This document shows positions 9,265 to 20,713 of a stretch of 64,000 bases of DNA, in pieces; within the stretch, counting starts at the first letter, position 1, and each line of letters opens with the position of its first letter. Both the position numbers and the translations under genes were made by a program. Origin of the DNA: an uncultured bacterium (GTDB lineage Bacteria; Acidobacteriota; Thermoanaerobaculia; Multivoradales; J023). The notes beneath the pieces are model-generated. The model made no database searches. It saw only the letters and a program-made list of their open reading frames with translations, and was not told the origin of the DNA. The stretch covers positions 127-64,126 of the forward strand of contig CBDUYN010000035.1 of the NCBI GenBank assembly GCA_965371445.1, in the 5' to 3' direction.

Positions 9265-10206
9265 ATGATCAGCGGCCTCAATCAGGAAGTCGACATCCTC
9301 GGCAAGACGTTTCACTTCCAGACGGAGCTCACGGGCGGCGGGATGGGGTCGGCGCGTACCGAGGTCTTCGTCGGCGGGAAGATCGTCGCCACCCGGGAAA
9401 CGTCGCTGGGGCTGGAGGAGGGCGAGAGCGAGGACGAGGAAGCGATCCGCGCTCGTATGAAGGAGGTTCACGGCAAGATCTTGAGCGGCTTCGTGGATCG
9501 TGCCAAGCGCTACCAGGAACGCGAGCAGGAGGGCTCGCTCCCGCCGGTGAGAGAGCCTTCGGGCAACGTCGACACCGCCGAGGCCGTCGATTCTCAAACG
9601 CTCGCCGCGGTCCGGGTCCTGGTGGCGCAGAAAAAGGGCCTCTACAACACCGATTCCGCTCCGCCGGCGTCTCCGCTGATCACCCCGCCGTCACCGGGCG
9701 CCGCTTCCGAATCGCTGCGCATTCGTCACCTCTTCGGCAAGTTCCGCCGCCAGATCGGCGCCGATCCCGCGGTCGACCACGGCCGCGTCGGCGATCGGCT
9801 GGACCGGGCTGCCGCCGGCTTCGAATGGATGGCCGGCTCGCCCAGCTTCGCGGAGATCCGGGTCGACGAGCAGGTGCGCTGCAACCTGCTCAAGGAGCAC
9901 GTCGAGGAGTGGGTCGCCGGCGGTCGCCGGGCCGACGGGGCCGCGAGGATCTGGTCGGGGATCCTGGCCTTCGTCGGCTATCTGGCGGAGATCAACGACC
10001 GCAGCGACCTCGTCAGCTTCGACCAGCAGCTCCTGGTCTGGGGTATCGACACGATCCAGCGCCACGGCGTGACCGCGGAGATCCTCGAGCGCTTCGGGGA
10101 CCTCTATGGCCGCGACCCCGGCCTCGATGTCCTGCTCGACGAGCCCGAAGGCGTGACCGCTGCCATCTGGACGGGTCACCTGCGCCGGGTGCTGACCCAG
10201 ATGTAG
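9265..10206 (+). CDS. hypothetical protein
   Basis: 313-aa ORF with consistent codon usage. No recognisable domain. Confidence 0.5.
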   Translation: MISGLNQEVDILGKTFHFQTELTGGGMGSARTEVFVGGKIVATRETSLGLEEGESEDEEAIRARMKEVHGKILSGFVDRAKRYQEREQEGSLPPVREPSGNVDTAEAVDSQTLAAVRVLVAQKKGLYNTDSAPPASPLITPPSPGAASESLRIRHLFGKFRRQIGADPAVDHGRVGDRLDRAAAGFEWMAGSPSFAEIRVDEQVRCNLLKEHVEEWVAGGRRADGAARIWSGILAFVGYLAEINDRSDLVSFDQQLLVWGIDTIQRHGVTAEILERFGDLYGRDPGLDVLLDEPEGVTAAIWTGHLRRVLTQM

Positions 10207-10221
10207 CGGGAGATCGGTGGA

Positions 10222-11526
<1,305 letters not shown>

Positions 11527-11573
11527 GGCGCGCCACGAGAAGGTTTGGAGCCCACGGCGGGGAATCGCGCAGC

Positions 11574-12107
11574 TCAGCTCCCGCGCCGCATCCGCTTCAC
11601 GACGGAACGGAGCTCGTTGTACTGGGACCGGATCTCGACGTACTCGCGGTGAGAGAACCCCATCTCCTCGGCGATCTGCGAGAGCTGCCGCTCTTCCTCG
11701 CCCGAGATGGTCTCGTCGGCGGCGGAGACGGCGAAGAGGTAGTGGAGCATCTGCCGGCGCTCCTCGCGGCTCGACAGCTCACGGAACTCCCGCGCCACCT
11801 GGAAGTTCTGCGTACCGCCGAAGAGGTGGTTTTCCTCCTTGGCGAGCTCGACCACGAGCTTCGCCTGCTCGGCGGGCAGGCCGCCGAGCTCGGCGACCAT
11901 CTCCTCCATTTTCCGGGTCTCTTCGGCGCTGATCGAAAGGTCCGCGTTGGCGACCCGGCCGAGCAGGTAGGCGAATGTGGCGACGTAGCGGGCGCGTTCC
12001 TCGTCGAGGGCGTCGAGGGCCGCGACGATCTTGCCCACGGTCGAGCTCTGCGCCGCCGCCTTTTCACGGCCCGCCAGCCCGAGTAGCTCGAGGATCGCCT
12101 TTTTCAT
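11574..12107 (-). CDS. TerB-family (tellurite-resistance TerB-like) protein
   Basis: 177 aa, all-helical. TerB-like repeats (YLLGRVANADLSISAEETRKMEEM; LFAVSAADETISGEEERQLSQIAEEMGF). Confidence 0.65.
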   Translation of the reverse strand: MKKAILELLGLAGREKAAAQSSTVGKIVAALDALDEERARYVATFAYLLGRVANADLSISAEETRKMEEMVAELGGLPAEQAKLVVELAKEENHLFGGTQNFQVAREFRELSSREERRQMLHYLFAVSAADETISGEEERQLSQIAEEMGFSHREYVEIRSQYNELRSVVKRMRRGS

Positions 12108-12128
12108 GGACGCGACAGGGAGGTGGGC

Positions 12129-12740
12129 CTAGGCCTGGGCCTCGACAGCGGGGTCTTTTTCGCTCTTGGACTCTTTGGGCTTGGCCGCCGCTTCCTTGGC
12201 GAAGGCCGAAGGGGCGAGGACCATGGTCATCTGACGGCCTTCGAGGCGCGAGCGGGTCTCGACGTCGGCAAGCTCCGCCGTCTTCTCGACGACCTTGTCC
12301 ATGATCTGGACACCGAGCTCCGGCCGGCGCAGCTGCCGGTAGCGGAAAAAGACGGTCACCTTGACCTTTTTGCCTTTTTCGAGGAACTTGATGGCCCGGT
12401 TGAGCTTGATGTTGAAGTCGTTCTCACCGATGGTGGGGCGGAACTTGACTTCCTTGACCTCGATGACCTGGGCTTTTTTGCGGGACTCGCGAGCCTTCTT
12501 GTCGCGGTCGAACTTGACCTTCCCCCAATCCATGATGCGGACGACCGGTGGGTCGGCCTTGGCGTCGACCTCGACCAGGTCGAGCGCGGCTTCGCGGGCC
12601 CTGGTCTTGGCCTGGTCCAGCGGCACGATGCCGTGCTGGGTGCCGTCCTCGCCAATCAGGCGGACCGGGCTCTTGCGGATCCGGTCGTTGACGCGCGGCT
12701 CGTTCTTGTTGGGGGGGATGGGTCGAAATGGCCTTCTAAT
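12129..12740 (-). CDS. infC: translation initiation factor IF-3
   Basis: Strong IF-3 similarity (IMDWGKVKFDRDKKARESRKKAQVIEVKEVKFRPTIGENDFNIKLNRAIKFLEKGKKVKVTVFFRYRQL...EGRQMTMVLAP). The ORF track begins at an internal GTG. The in-frame upstream sequence continues the IF-3 N-domain (...PNKNEPRVNDRIRKSPVRLIGEDGTQHGIV). Proposed start is ATT preceded by GGAGG with a 5-nt spacer; the start coordinate is approximate. Confidence 0.8.
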   Translation of the reverse strand: MRRPFRPIPPNKNEPRVNDRIRKSPVRLIGEDGTQHGIVPLDQAKTRAREAALDLVEVDAKADPPVVRIMDWGKVKFDRDKKARESRKKAQVIEVKEVKFRPTIGENDFNIKLNRAIKFLEKGKKVKVTVFFRYRQLRRPELGVQIMDKVVEKTAELADVETRSRLEGRQMTMVLAPSAFAKEAAAKPKESKSEKDPAVEAQA

Positions 12741-12955
12741 GGGAACCTCCCCTCGTCCTCGGCTGGCGAAGACGAGCTGACGTTGGCGGAAAACGGTTGG
12801 CGTACACCATCACCCAGCCGGTACGTCCGGGCCGGAAGGGAGGAGGGGTCGCCAGCTTCGTCACGTGCATTCGCGGCGTATTCTACAGGAGTGCGGGCGA
12901 TTCGGCCATAGGCAAGCGGCTTTTTTCGCCCGATCCACTCACTCAGCATCGCAGC

Positions 12956-15490
12956 CTAGGGTAGCAGATGGGTCTCGAAGAGCTTGAAGATCCTCCGATA
13001 CTCGTCGAGCCAGCTCGAAGGCTCGCGAAAGCTGTGCGGCTCGACGGGGTAGATGGCCAGCTCCCAGTCCTCCTTGCCGAGCTCGATGAGCCGCTGGACC
13101 AGGCGCACCGTGTCCTGGAAGAGGACGTTGCCGTCCTGCATCCCGGAACACATGAGGAGCGGTTTCTCCAGGCCCTCGGCGAGCTCGATCGGCGAGCTGC
13201 GCTCGTAGGCCTCCGGGTCGATCTCCGGTGTGTTCAGGATGTTCGACGTGTAGCCGGAGTTGTAGTGGGCCCAGTCGGTCACCGGCCGCAGCGCCGCCCC
13301 GCAGGCGAAGAGCTCCGGACGCTTGAAAAGCGCCATGAAGGTCATGAAGCCGCCGTAGGAGCCGCCGTAGACCCCCACTCGCTCCGGGTCCACGTCGTGG
13401 TTCTTGACGAGCCAGGCCACGCCGTCCTCCAGGTCCTCGAGCTCCGGGGTGCCCATCTGCCGGTAGATCGCGGTACGCCAGTCGCGGCCGTAGCCCTGCG
13501 AGGCGCGGTAGTCCATGTCGAGCACCACGTAGCCGTGCCGGGCGAGAAAGGTGTGGAACATGAGCTCCCGGAAGTAGCTGGACCAACCCTGGTGGGCGTT
13601 TTGCAGGTAGCCGGCGCCATGGACGAAGACCACGGCACCGCGTTTGCCGCCGGCACCCCGGGTCCGCGGGCTTTCGCTCGGATAGAACCGCGAGTAGATC
13701 GGCCGGTCGTGGTGCGAGGACGCCACCTCGACGATCTGGGGCTCGACCCAGGGCTGGGAAGCGAAGGCGTCGCTCGTCGTCCAGGTCAGCCGGAGCGCCG
13801 CCGCTCCGGGCCGCGTCTCCTGGAGGTAGAGCTCGGGCGGCGCGGTGGTCCTCGAATGGGTGACGAGGAGCCGCTTGCCGTCCGGGGAGAGCTGCGAGCG
13901 GTTGCGGCCGCCGAGCTGGGTCAGCTGCTCGATCGAGCCGCTATTCGTCTCGACGCGAAAGGTCTCGCAGAGCCCCGGGTGTTGGGGGTTGGCCGTGTAG
14001 TAGAGGTAGCGGCCGTTGGCGCTCGGCTCCGGGGCCTCCACCACATGCTCGCCCTCGGTGAGCCGCCGGGTGTTGCCGTCCTCGAGGTCGTAGAGGTAGA
14101 GCTGCGAGTAGCCGCTTTCCTCCGACAGGAAGTAGAGGTGGCGAGAGCCGGCAAGCCATCCGAAGTCGTTGTGGGACCAGTTGATCCAGGCCTCGTCGAA
14201 GAGGTGGTGGATCACCCGCAGCTCAGGTTGGCCCTCCTCGTCGCGCCCGACGAGGACGATCCACCGGTCCTTGTTGTCGAGGCTGCGCAGCTGCATCGCC
14301 ACGTGTCGGCCGTCGGCGCTCCACTCGAATCCGAGCGGGAAGACCGGCCGCGGCTTTTCCTCGGCGTCGCCCTTCGATTCGCCGGCTTCCTCTTCCGCGT
14401 CCACCGTATCCGCTTCCTGCCCCTCCTCGGTGTCTTCCGTTTCCTCGCCGGCTTTTTCCTCTCGGCGTTGGCGTCGCTCTTCGGCCTGGCGGCGCAGGTC
14501 GGCGAGGGGATCCTCGGTGATTCCGGGGAGATCGGCCAGGTCGAGCTCATGGCGGACGTGCCGTTCGAGGTCGAGGATCGAAAAGCTGACCCCCGAGGGC
14601 TTGCCGGTCCCCACCTTGGGACGGACGTCGCTCAGACTCACATAGCCGTCGTCGGAGATGTAGTTGGACATCTTGTCGCGGCGGCCGCGCTGGCGGTCCT
14701 TTTCCCGCAGGGCGAGGAGCATCCAGTCGCCGGTCGCCGCCAGTTGCTGGGAAAAAATCTCGACGCCGTCGCCGAGGTAGAAGGGGAGCGCGAGTCGGGT
14801 CGGGTCGGCGGCCTGGGCTTCGCGGTCACGTTCGCGGCGTTTCTTCTTCTTCTCCTGCTGCTCGCGGACCCAGTCGATCAGGCGCGGTTGCTGCTCGGCC
14901 AGGTATCCCTTCGGGTTCTCCTCGGCGGGCTCTTCGGCGAGGCGCAGGTCCGCGGCCTGGAGCTCGAGGCCGCTTTCGAGATCACGGATCAGGACGGCGT
15001 CGCCGCGTTCGAAAGCCACACGGCCGTCGAGGAGGAAGCGTGGCCGGCTTTCGGCCGCGGCGGTGCGGGTCAGCTGGCGGATCTCGCCGCCGGCCACGTC
15101 TTTCAGGAAGAGGTCTCCCTGCCGCGAGTAGACCTTGCGCTGACGGTCGCGGCTCCACTCGCCGCCGTCGAAGTCGGCGTCGCCCCGCTCGGCGTCGCCC
15201 ACGACGGCGAGCAGGTCCCCGTCGAGGTCGACGTGGAGGAGGTCTCGCTCCTCTTCGCCCGGACGCTTCCGGGAGTAGTAGACGGAGCCCCCGTCGTCGG
15301 CCCAGTAGGGCGACTCGGGCGCGTTTCCGAGCCAGTCGGGGTGCGACATGATGAGCTCGAGGGTGATCTCGCGGCGAACGTCGTCCTGCTTTGCGGTCTC
15401 TCCCTGGCCGGCGATCGGAGCCGTCGTGGTGAGCAGAGCGAGGAGGGCGAGCGACGTGAGACGTCGCGGGAAAGGCTCGGGGCAACGCAT
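12956..15490 (-). CDS. S9-family serine peptidase (prolyl oligopeptidase / dipeptidyl aminopeptidase-like), secreted
   Basis: 844 aa. Signal peptide, beta-propeller N-domain, and a C-terminal alpha/beta hydrolase with GGSYGG nucleophile motif plus downstream D and H (PVEPHSF). Carries an acidic low-complexity insert (EEEAGESKGDAEE). Confidence 0.85.
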   Translation of the reverse strand: MRCPEPFPRRLTSLALLALLTTTAPIAGQGETAKQDDVRREITLELIMSHPDWLGNAPESPYWADDGGSVYYSRKRPGEEERDLLHVDLDGDLLAVVGDAERGDADFDGGEWSRDRQRKVYSRQGDLFLKDVAGGEIRQLTRTAAAESRPRFLLDGRVAFERGDAVLIRDLESGLELQAADLRLAEEPAEENPKGYLAEQQPRLIDWVREQQEKKKKRRERDREAQAADPTRLALPFYLGDGVEIFSQQLAATGDWMLLALREKDRQRGRRDKMSNYISDDGYVSLSDVRPKVGTGKPSGVSFSILDLERHVRHELDLADLPGITEDPLADLRRQAEERRQRREEKAGEETEDTEEGQEADTVDAEEEAGESKGDAEEKPRPVFPLGFEWSADGRHVAMQLRSLDNKDRWIVLVGRDEEGQPELRVIHHLFDEAWINWSHNDFGWLAGSRHLYFLSEESGYSQLYLYDLEDGNTRRLTEGEHVVEAPEPSANGRYLYYTANPQHPGLCETFRVETNSGSIEQLTQLGGRNRSQLSPDGKRLLVTHSRTTAPPELYLQETRPGAAALRLTWTTSDAFASQPWVEPQIVEVASSHHDRPIYSRFYPSESPRTRGAGGKRGAVVFVHGAGYLQNAHQGWSSYFRELMFHTFLARHGYVVLDMDYRASQGYGRDWRTAIYRQMGTPELEDLEDGVAWLVKNHDVDPERVGVYGGSYGGFMTFMALFKRPELFACGAALRPVTDWAHYNSGYTSNILNTPEIDPEAYERSSPIELAEGLEKPLLMCSGMQDGNVLFQDTVRLVQRLIELGKEDWELAIYPVEPHSFREPSSWLDEYRRIFKLFETHLLP

Positions 15491-15502
15491 TTTCCGTCTC
15501 CG

Positions 15503-16111
15503 TCAGGAACGCGGGCGGCCGCTTTTTAGGAGGTTCATGAAGCTCTCCCGCTCGGCTTCGATCGTCGCGGCCGGACCGGTGGCCTTGAAAAACCAGGGAC
15601 CGCCCTCGCCCTCGACGACGGCGCCGAGCAGGATCGAGCCCGGCTGAGGCTCGGTGGGCCCGCCGCCCATGGTGCTGGGCTTCAGAGTCCCCGCGACCTC
15701 GATCCAGCTGACCTTCCAGGTGCCGAGGACGAAGCTGCCGCGTTGCGGTGCGGCGTCGGCCTCCATCTGCCCGGCCCAGCGGTTGAGGTTCGCTTCCACG
15801 CCGCCGCCGCTGCCGGCACCGAAGAAAAAGACCGCGAGCTGTCCTTCGCCGCCGGGACCCGGGATACGGGCCTGGGCGAGGCGCATCTGCGAGGAGGGGG
15901 GCTCGGGGGCCCAGCTCTCCGGAAGTGGAAAGGTGGCGCCGGGAGCGAGGATCACCCTGCCCTCGCCGGGTGTGGCGGCCGGCGGCGGGCTCGGTGCGGT
16001 GGAGGACGTGGCGGCCGGGGCGGAGGTGGACGCCGTCTCTGCCGGGGGCTCGCTTGGCGAGCATCCGACGAGGAAGGCGAGGAGCAAGAGGGGCGCAGGG
16101 GCGCGTTTCAT
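15503..16111 (-). CDS. putative lipoprotein (hypothetical)
   Basis: Start at MKRAPAPLLLLAFLVGCS (lipobox LVGC) with an AAAGGA Shine-Dalgarno. Pro/Ser/Thr-rich linker, then a globular domain. Confidence 0.55.
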   Translation of the reverse strand: MKRAPAPLLLLAFLVGCSPSEPPAETASTSAPAATSSTAPSPPPAATPGEGRVILAPGATFPLPESWAPEPPSSQMRLAQARIPGPGGEGQLAVFFFGAGSGGGVEANLNRWAGQMEADAAPQRGSFVLGTWKVSWIEVAGTLKPSTMGGGPTEPQPGSILLGAVVEGEGGPWFFKATGPAATIEAERESFMNLLKSGRPRS

Positions 16112-16191
16112 CAATCGTGGATCCTTTCGTTCTCCGGTTTGCTCGACCGAGGTTATCGCCAAATCGACGCCCAGGGTAGGGCGTCGCTCCG

Positions 16192-17181
16192 TCAGGGCTG
16201 AAGGCGGTAAGGAGCGAGCGCTTCGGCGGCTTTCCTCAACGAGTTGGTCATCCGCGAGTACTGCTCGTCGACCTGGCCGAAGCGGCCGGCGGTGCACTGT
16301 CCTCCGAGGAGGCGCATGGAGCGGTAGACCGCGAGGAGCGGTTCTGTGACCACGCCGTCCGGTGCCTGAAAGATCCCGGGCTGGTCGAGGACGGCTTGGA
16401 CATGGGTGAGAAGCTCCCGGCAGGACGCCTGGATGGCTCGGCTGTCGTTGGCCCGGCGAGCTTCGACGTAGCGGCGCAAGGCGAGCTTGGTGGGCGTGAC
16501 CGCCTGGGTGTAGCCCTGGTGCCAGGTCACCATTCGCTCTTGGAGCGTCGGGCCGGTGACTTTCTCGGGCTCGACGGCGAGATCGCGCCGGTTTTTCTCC
16601 TCGGCCCGGTCGGCGGCTTCCTGGAGAGCCGGGAGATAGGGTGCCAGATCGTCCGCGAGGTCCTCGGGGGAGGCCGCGACGAGCCGGCCCAGAGTGCGCT
16701 CGGCGTCTTCGACCTTCTGGCGGATTTCCGCCAGGCGGGCCTCGAAATCGGCACGGGGTGGAGCCGGTTGGGCGACGGCGTTGCAGAGCCCGGTGGCCGC
16801 CTCGTAAAGGCGTAGGAGCGCCGAGCCGGTGTCGGCGTCGCTCTCCCGCGTCGTCGTCGCCAGGAACCGGCGGGCGACGTCGAGAGCCTCGCGGGCGGCC
16901 GACATGTCGGCGGTCGTACGCCGGAGCACGTAGCGGTCCAGAGCGTTGCGCTGCCGTTCGGTCGATCCCGAGAGGGTCCCCCAGTGCTGCAGGATCCCTT
17001 CACCGATCCCGGCGCAGCGCTCCTGACTGTGACCGAGCAGCGCCAGGGAGGTTCGTGCCCAGAGGCCGGAGGGGGGATCGGGAACCGTCGCACCGGCCGC
17101 GCTGGTGACCTCAAGGGCCAGGGCAACGAGACAAGCCAGGCCGACGAGGACAGGACGAGGAATGTTCCTTGCTCGGGACAT
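16192..17181 (-). CDS. hypothetical secreted protein
   Basis: Start at MSRARNIPRPVLVGLACLVALALE (signal peptide). Helical; no recognisable domain. Confidence 0.5.
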   Translation of the reverse strand: MSRARNIPRPVLVGLACLVALALEVTSAAGATVPDPPSGLWARTSLALLGHSQERCAGIGEGILQHWGTLSGSTERQRNALDRYVLRRTTADMSAAREALDVARRFLATTTRESDADTGSALLRLYEAATGLCNAVAQPAPPRADFEARLAEIRQKVEDAERTLGRLVAASPEDLADDLAPYLPALQEAADRAEEKNRRDLAVEPEKVTGPTLQERMVTWHQGYTQAVTPTKLALRRYVEARRANDSRAIQASCRELLTHVQAVLDQPGIFQAPDGVVTEPLLAVYRSMRLLGGQCTAGRFGQVDEQYSRMTNSLRKAAEALAPYRLQP

Positions 17182-17312
17182 GGGTCGATTATACTGCCAA
17201 TGTGCTGGTGTCGAATGCCCTCCGGCGCCTCGCTCGGATAGACTGAGGAATCGAAGAGGCCGGAACCTGGCTCGGAGACTCAAGTCGTGATTCCAGAAGA
17301 TTCGCCCCCGCG

Positions 17313-19115
17313 GTGGGTGCTCTGCAGGAGGAGGACCCTGTGAGGGATCCTGTCGTGGCGCCTTCCGGCGGGCACGGCGGCTTGCCGCTGCCGGAGTCGC
17401 TGGACGAGATCCGTGCCGTGACGAGCGGCAAGCGTTGGCGAGTCTTCGAAGTCGTCGAGGAGGTGCTCGCCGAGATCGAGGCCAAGGTCGACTGGGAGGG
17501 GATCTACGACGGCGACGCGGAGCTCGCCGAATACGTCACGTGCGGTCTTTTCGTCGAAGAGGCCATCCCGGTCGCGACCCGGCGGATTCGGGAGATCGTC
17601 GACGAGCCCGACCTCCACGGCGCCCCGAGCGAGGCGACGCCGGAGGAGCTGGAGGACCACCTTTTCTGGGGCAGCAAGCAGATCGAAAACGGCATGCAGC
17701 AGACGCTCACCGTCTTGAGCCGTCGTTTGGTCAGCTCTCTGACCGAGGAGGAGGAGGCGGGACGCAAGCTGCCCGCAGAGCGCGGGAAAGCGCGCCGAAG
17801 CGAGCTCTGTATGGTGATCGCCGAGGCCGTCGGGAAGCTACGTAGCGACCTGCGCCGCTTCGCCGCTTTTGTCGTCGCCAGCAAGGCGTTCGACGCCAAT
17901 GCGGTCGAGGTCGTTCTCTTCCCGCGCAAGAACCAGGAGCTGGCGGACAGCCAGCGCTTGAAGGATCGCCTGGTCGAGACCATGGAGAGCTTCCAGGGAT
18001 CGGAACGGCGGATGCCCATCGCCGAAGTGATCCGTCAGTGGCGTTGCGGCGAGGTCTGGGGATCCTCGGCCCTGGCCGAGATCGACATGCTGATCCGCTC
18101 CCTCGCCAGCATGCTCGAGCGCGACTACCGCAAGGCCCTCTACGTCGACAGCTACTACCGGCTTTCCGACTGGATCTCCCATCTCCGGGGTTGCAGCGAG
18201 GGCCTGCGCGAGCGCCTGGGCAACGAGCTCGTCGAGGACACCTTGACCAAGGAGGTTGCCGCCGTGCTCGACAGCGACATGCTGGCCGAGATCCTCGGGC
18301 ACGAGATGTTGTTCGGCGTCGATCGGCGCGACCTCCTGGCGCTGCTGCGCTCGATCAACGAACGTGAGATCACGAAGCTCGAGATCTCGCGGGCCGAGCA
18401 AAATGAGCTCCTGGAGCTCAGGGCGGCGGCGGTCGAGGACGTGCCCCTGCCAGAGCTCGACGACCGGAAAGAGATGCTCGTCCGCTCGGCCGTCGAGGTG
18501 ATCAAGGGACGGCGCCTGGTCGACCAGCTCCGAATCCGAGCCCCCTTGCCGGAGACGTACGCCCATCTCGAGCACGTCCATCCTCTCGTCGTCGATTCGG
18601 AGGAGGGCCTAAAGACCTATCTGATGCTCCTCTACGGCCAGATCCAGAACCGCGACCTGCAGCTGCTCGAGGTCGACCAGAGAGAGGTCTCGACGGCGGA
18701 GAAGCGCCTTGCCGTCCTCGAGCTCGAGTATCAGCTCTCCCGCCTCGGCTCCATGCGGCGCTATCAGGCCTTCGAGGCCGTGCGCTGCCGCATCGCCGCG
18801 CTCGAGGCCATCGAGGTCGAGGAGTGGACGGGGCTGGACGGCTTCCTCGAGTTCCTCACCCGCGAGATCGCGCCTCGCCTCGAGCGGATCTCGACCTATG
18901 CCGAGGTCGAGGGCATTCCCGCCGACAGCGCCGCGAGGCTTCGCCAGGCCTGCCAGGAAATCCAGGCGCTCGACGAGGCGGCGGAATTCGCCGAGCTCGA
19001 AGGTCACCTCGAAACGCTCGTCGACGTCCTGGGCAGCTTGAAGAGCATCCGGGTCGTGCTCGCGCCGCCTCAGACCGAGGCCGAGATCGAGGATTTCCTC
19101 AACATGATGGGCTGA
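17313..19115 (+). CDS. hypothetical protein (large, helical/coiled-coil)
   Basis: 600-aa ORF with native codon usage. No recognisable catalytic motif. Confidence 0.55.
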   Translation: MGALQEEDPVRDPVVAPSGGHGGLPLPESLDEIRAVTSGKRWRVFEVVEEVLAEIEAKVDWEGIYDGDAELAEYVTCGLFVEEAIPVATRRIREIVDEPDLHGAPSEATPEELEDHLFWGSKQIENGMQQTLTVLSRRLVSSLTEEEEAGRKLPAERGKARRSELCMVIAEAVGKLRSDLRRFAAFVVASKAFDANAVEVVLFPRKNQELADSQRLKDRLVETMESFQGSERRMPIAEVIRQWRCGEVWGSSALAEIDMLIRSLASMLERDYRKALYVDSYYRLSDWISHLRGCSEGLRERLGNELVEDTLTKEVAAVLDSDMLAEILGHEMLFGVDRRDLLALLRSINEREITKLEISRAEQNELLELRAAAVEDVPLPELDDRKEMLVRSAVEVIKGRRLVDQLRIRAPLPETYAHLEHVHPLVVDSEEGLKTYLMLLYGQIQNRDLQLLEVDQREVSTAEKRLAVLELEYQLSRLGSMRRYQAFEAVRCRIAALEAIEVEEWTGLDGFLEFLTREIAPRLERISTYAEVEGIPADSAARLRQACQEIQALDEAAEFAELEGHLETLVDVLGSLKSIRVVLAPPQTEAEIEDFLNMMG

Positions 19116-19136
19116 CGTAGCTTGAATCTGGGTGGC

Positions 19137-19727
19137 CTAGCCGAGCTGGCCCTCCCGGAGGATTCGGCTCATGGCCTTGAACTGCGGGTGGTTCTTGTCG
19201 CGGGCCCACTCAAAGCCCACCGACTCGAGGTTGGTCAGGACGGCGCCCGCCTGCTGCATGCGCTCCAGGGCCCATTGCCGGTGCTCGGCGCCGCGGCCGC
19301 TGACCGCCTCCCAGCAGACGTGGACGGCGCTTCCGGCTTCGAGCGCCGCGAGGACCGTCTGCATCACGCAGACATGGGTCTCGAGGCCACCGACGACGAG
19401 CTGTCGCTCGGCGGGCCCGAGGCCCGGACGAACCTCCTGCAAGGCCCGCTCGAAGCCCGGATCGCCACAACAACCGAAGCTGGTCTTGGTCACCCGCCGT
19501 TTTTCGGTGGTGAGAGCTTCGAAGTCGGCCAGAAGGTCCGGGTGGGTCGGCCCCAGCCCCTTGGGGTACTGCTCGGTCAGGACGACCGGGACCTGGAAAA
19601 GCTCGGCGAATCTCAGCAGCCGCTGGTTGGCCGCCTTCATGAGCTCGGGCCGGTAGACCATGTCCACGAGCTTGCCCTGAAGGTCGACGACGACCAGGAT
19701 CGACCGGTCCACGTCCGCAAGTAGCAT
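19137..19727 (-). CDS. isochorismatase-family cysteine hydrolase
   Basis: Start at MLLADVDRSILVVVDLQ, the typical isochorismatase N-terminus. Catalytic-Cys region present (GLETHVCV). Confidence 0.8.
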   Translation of the reverse strand: MLLADVDRSILVVVDLQGKLVDMVYRPELMKAANQRLLRFAELFQVPVVLTEQYPKGLGPTHPDLLADFEALTTEKRRVTKTSFGCCGDPGFERALQEVRPGLGPAERQLVVGGLETHVCVMQTVLAALEAGSAVHVCWEAVSGRGAEHRQWALERMQQAGAVLTNLESVGFEWARDKNHPQFKAMSRILREGQLG

Positions 19728-19905
19728 CGGAAGGCCTCCTCGATGGGATTCTCTTCGGAAGACGCGGCCCACGGCGACGCCGCCGGGACCTTACGTTTAG
19801 CACCGAGGTTATCACGGCGGGCGCTCGTCGTTCTCGTCCTCGCTTCGCGGCCGGCGTTCGTCGACGCCTTGCTGACGGCGCTCGAGCACCTGCGGAGAGC
19901 TTCGG

Positions 19906-20457
19906 CTACTCGATGGGACCGTTCCTCGCGGTGGCTGCCGGAGCGGCGGCGAGCAGCGCCGGCTGAGGTGCGCCGGCGTCTTCGCCGTAGTCGACCCACT
20001 TGCTGACCGCGTGACCCTCGGCGTCGACTCCGGCCACCAGGATGCGGCCGATCTGGGGGTAGTGGGTCATCGTCTCGACCAGCTGGGTGTTGATCCAGTG
20101 GAAAAGACGCACCCGTCCGCCGGCGTATTCGATGCGGATCGTGTTCTCCTTGCGGTCCCAGTCTTCTCGAACCTCGCAGGTGCGGAAGCTCGGCGTGCTG
20201 GTCATGACGATTCGGTCTTCTCGGCCGTCGCCGTCGACGTCGCGCAGGATCTCGGCGGAGCTTCTCTTCATCATCCAGGCAAGCTGCTCGGTCTCGAGCT
20301 TGGCGGCCTTGCGAGCCCACTTCTTGCCGCAGGCCTTGTAGACCTGGTTGGCCCCGGCGACGCTCGCCATGGCGAGCGCCCCGGCCACGACTCCCACGGC
20401 TACGAGCACCTTCGGTCGAACGGGGAAGGGGAGACGGCTCGTCGCTGGGCGGGTCAT
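19906..20457 (-). CDS. hypothetical membrane-anchored protein
   Basis: Start at MTRPATSRL followed by a TM/signal segment (VLVAVGVVAGALAMASVAGA). No known domain. Confidence 0.45.
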   Translation of the reverse strand: MTRPATSRLPFPVRPKVLVAVGVVAGALAMASVAGANQVYKACGKKWARKAAKLETEQLAWMMKRSSAEILRDVDGDGREDRIVMTSTPSFRTCEVREDWDRKENTIRIEYAGGRVRLFHWINTQLVETMTHYPQIGRILVAGVDAEGHAVSKWVDYGEDAGAPQPALLAAAPAATARNGPIE

Positions 20458-20713
20458 GGCTGGCCTCCTTTCGGCGCGAAGCGATCGGCTGCATTGCCGG
20501 GCGCCTCTACCAGGGCAATCGCAATCGGGCGCCATTTCCGATCGCCCTCACTTGATTACGCGAAAAAACCGAGCCTTTCCTGTCATCTGCGGCGCGCTTT
20601 TTCCAGAGAATTCCTGCGCCGGCGGGGGGGATCGCCCAGGAGGCCGGGTTGCGGGTGAACCTCGGCGTGGTTTCGGCGTAAGATACGCCAAACCACCGAC
20701 GAGGCGAGCCCGT

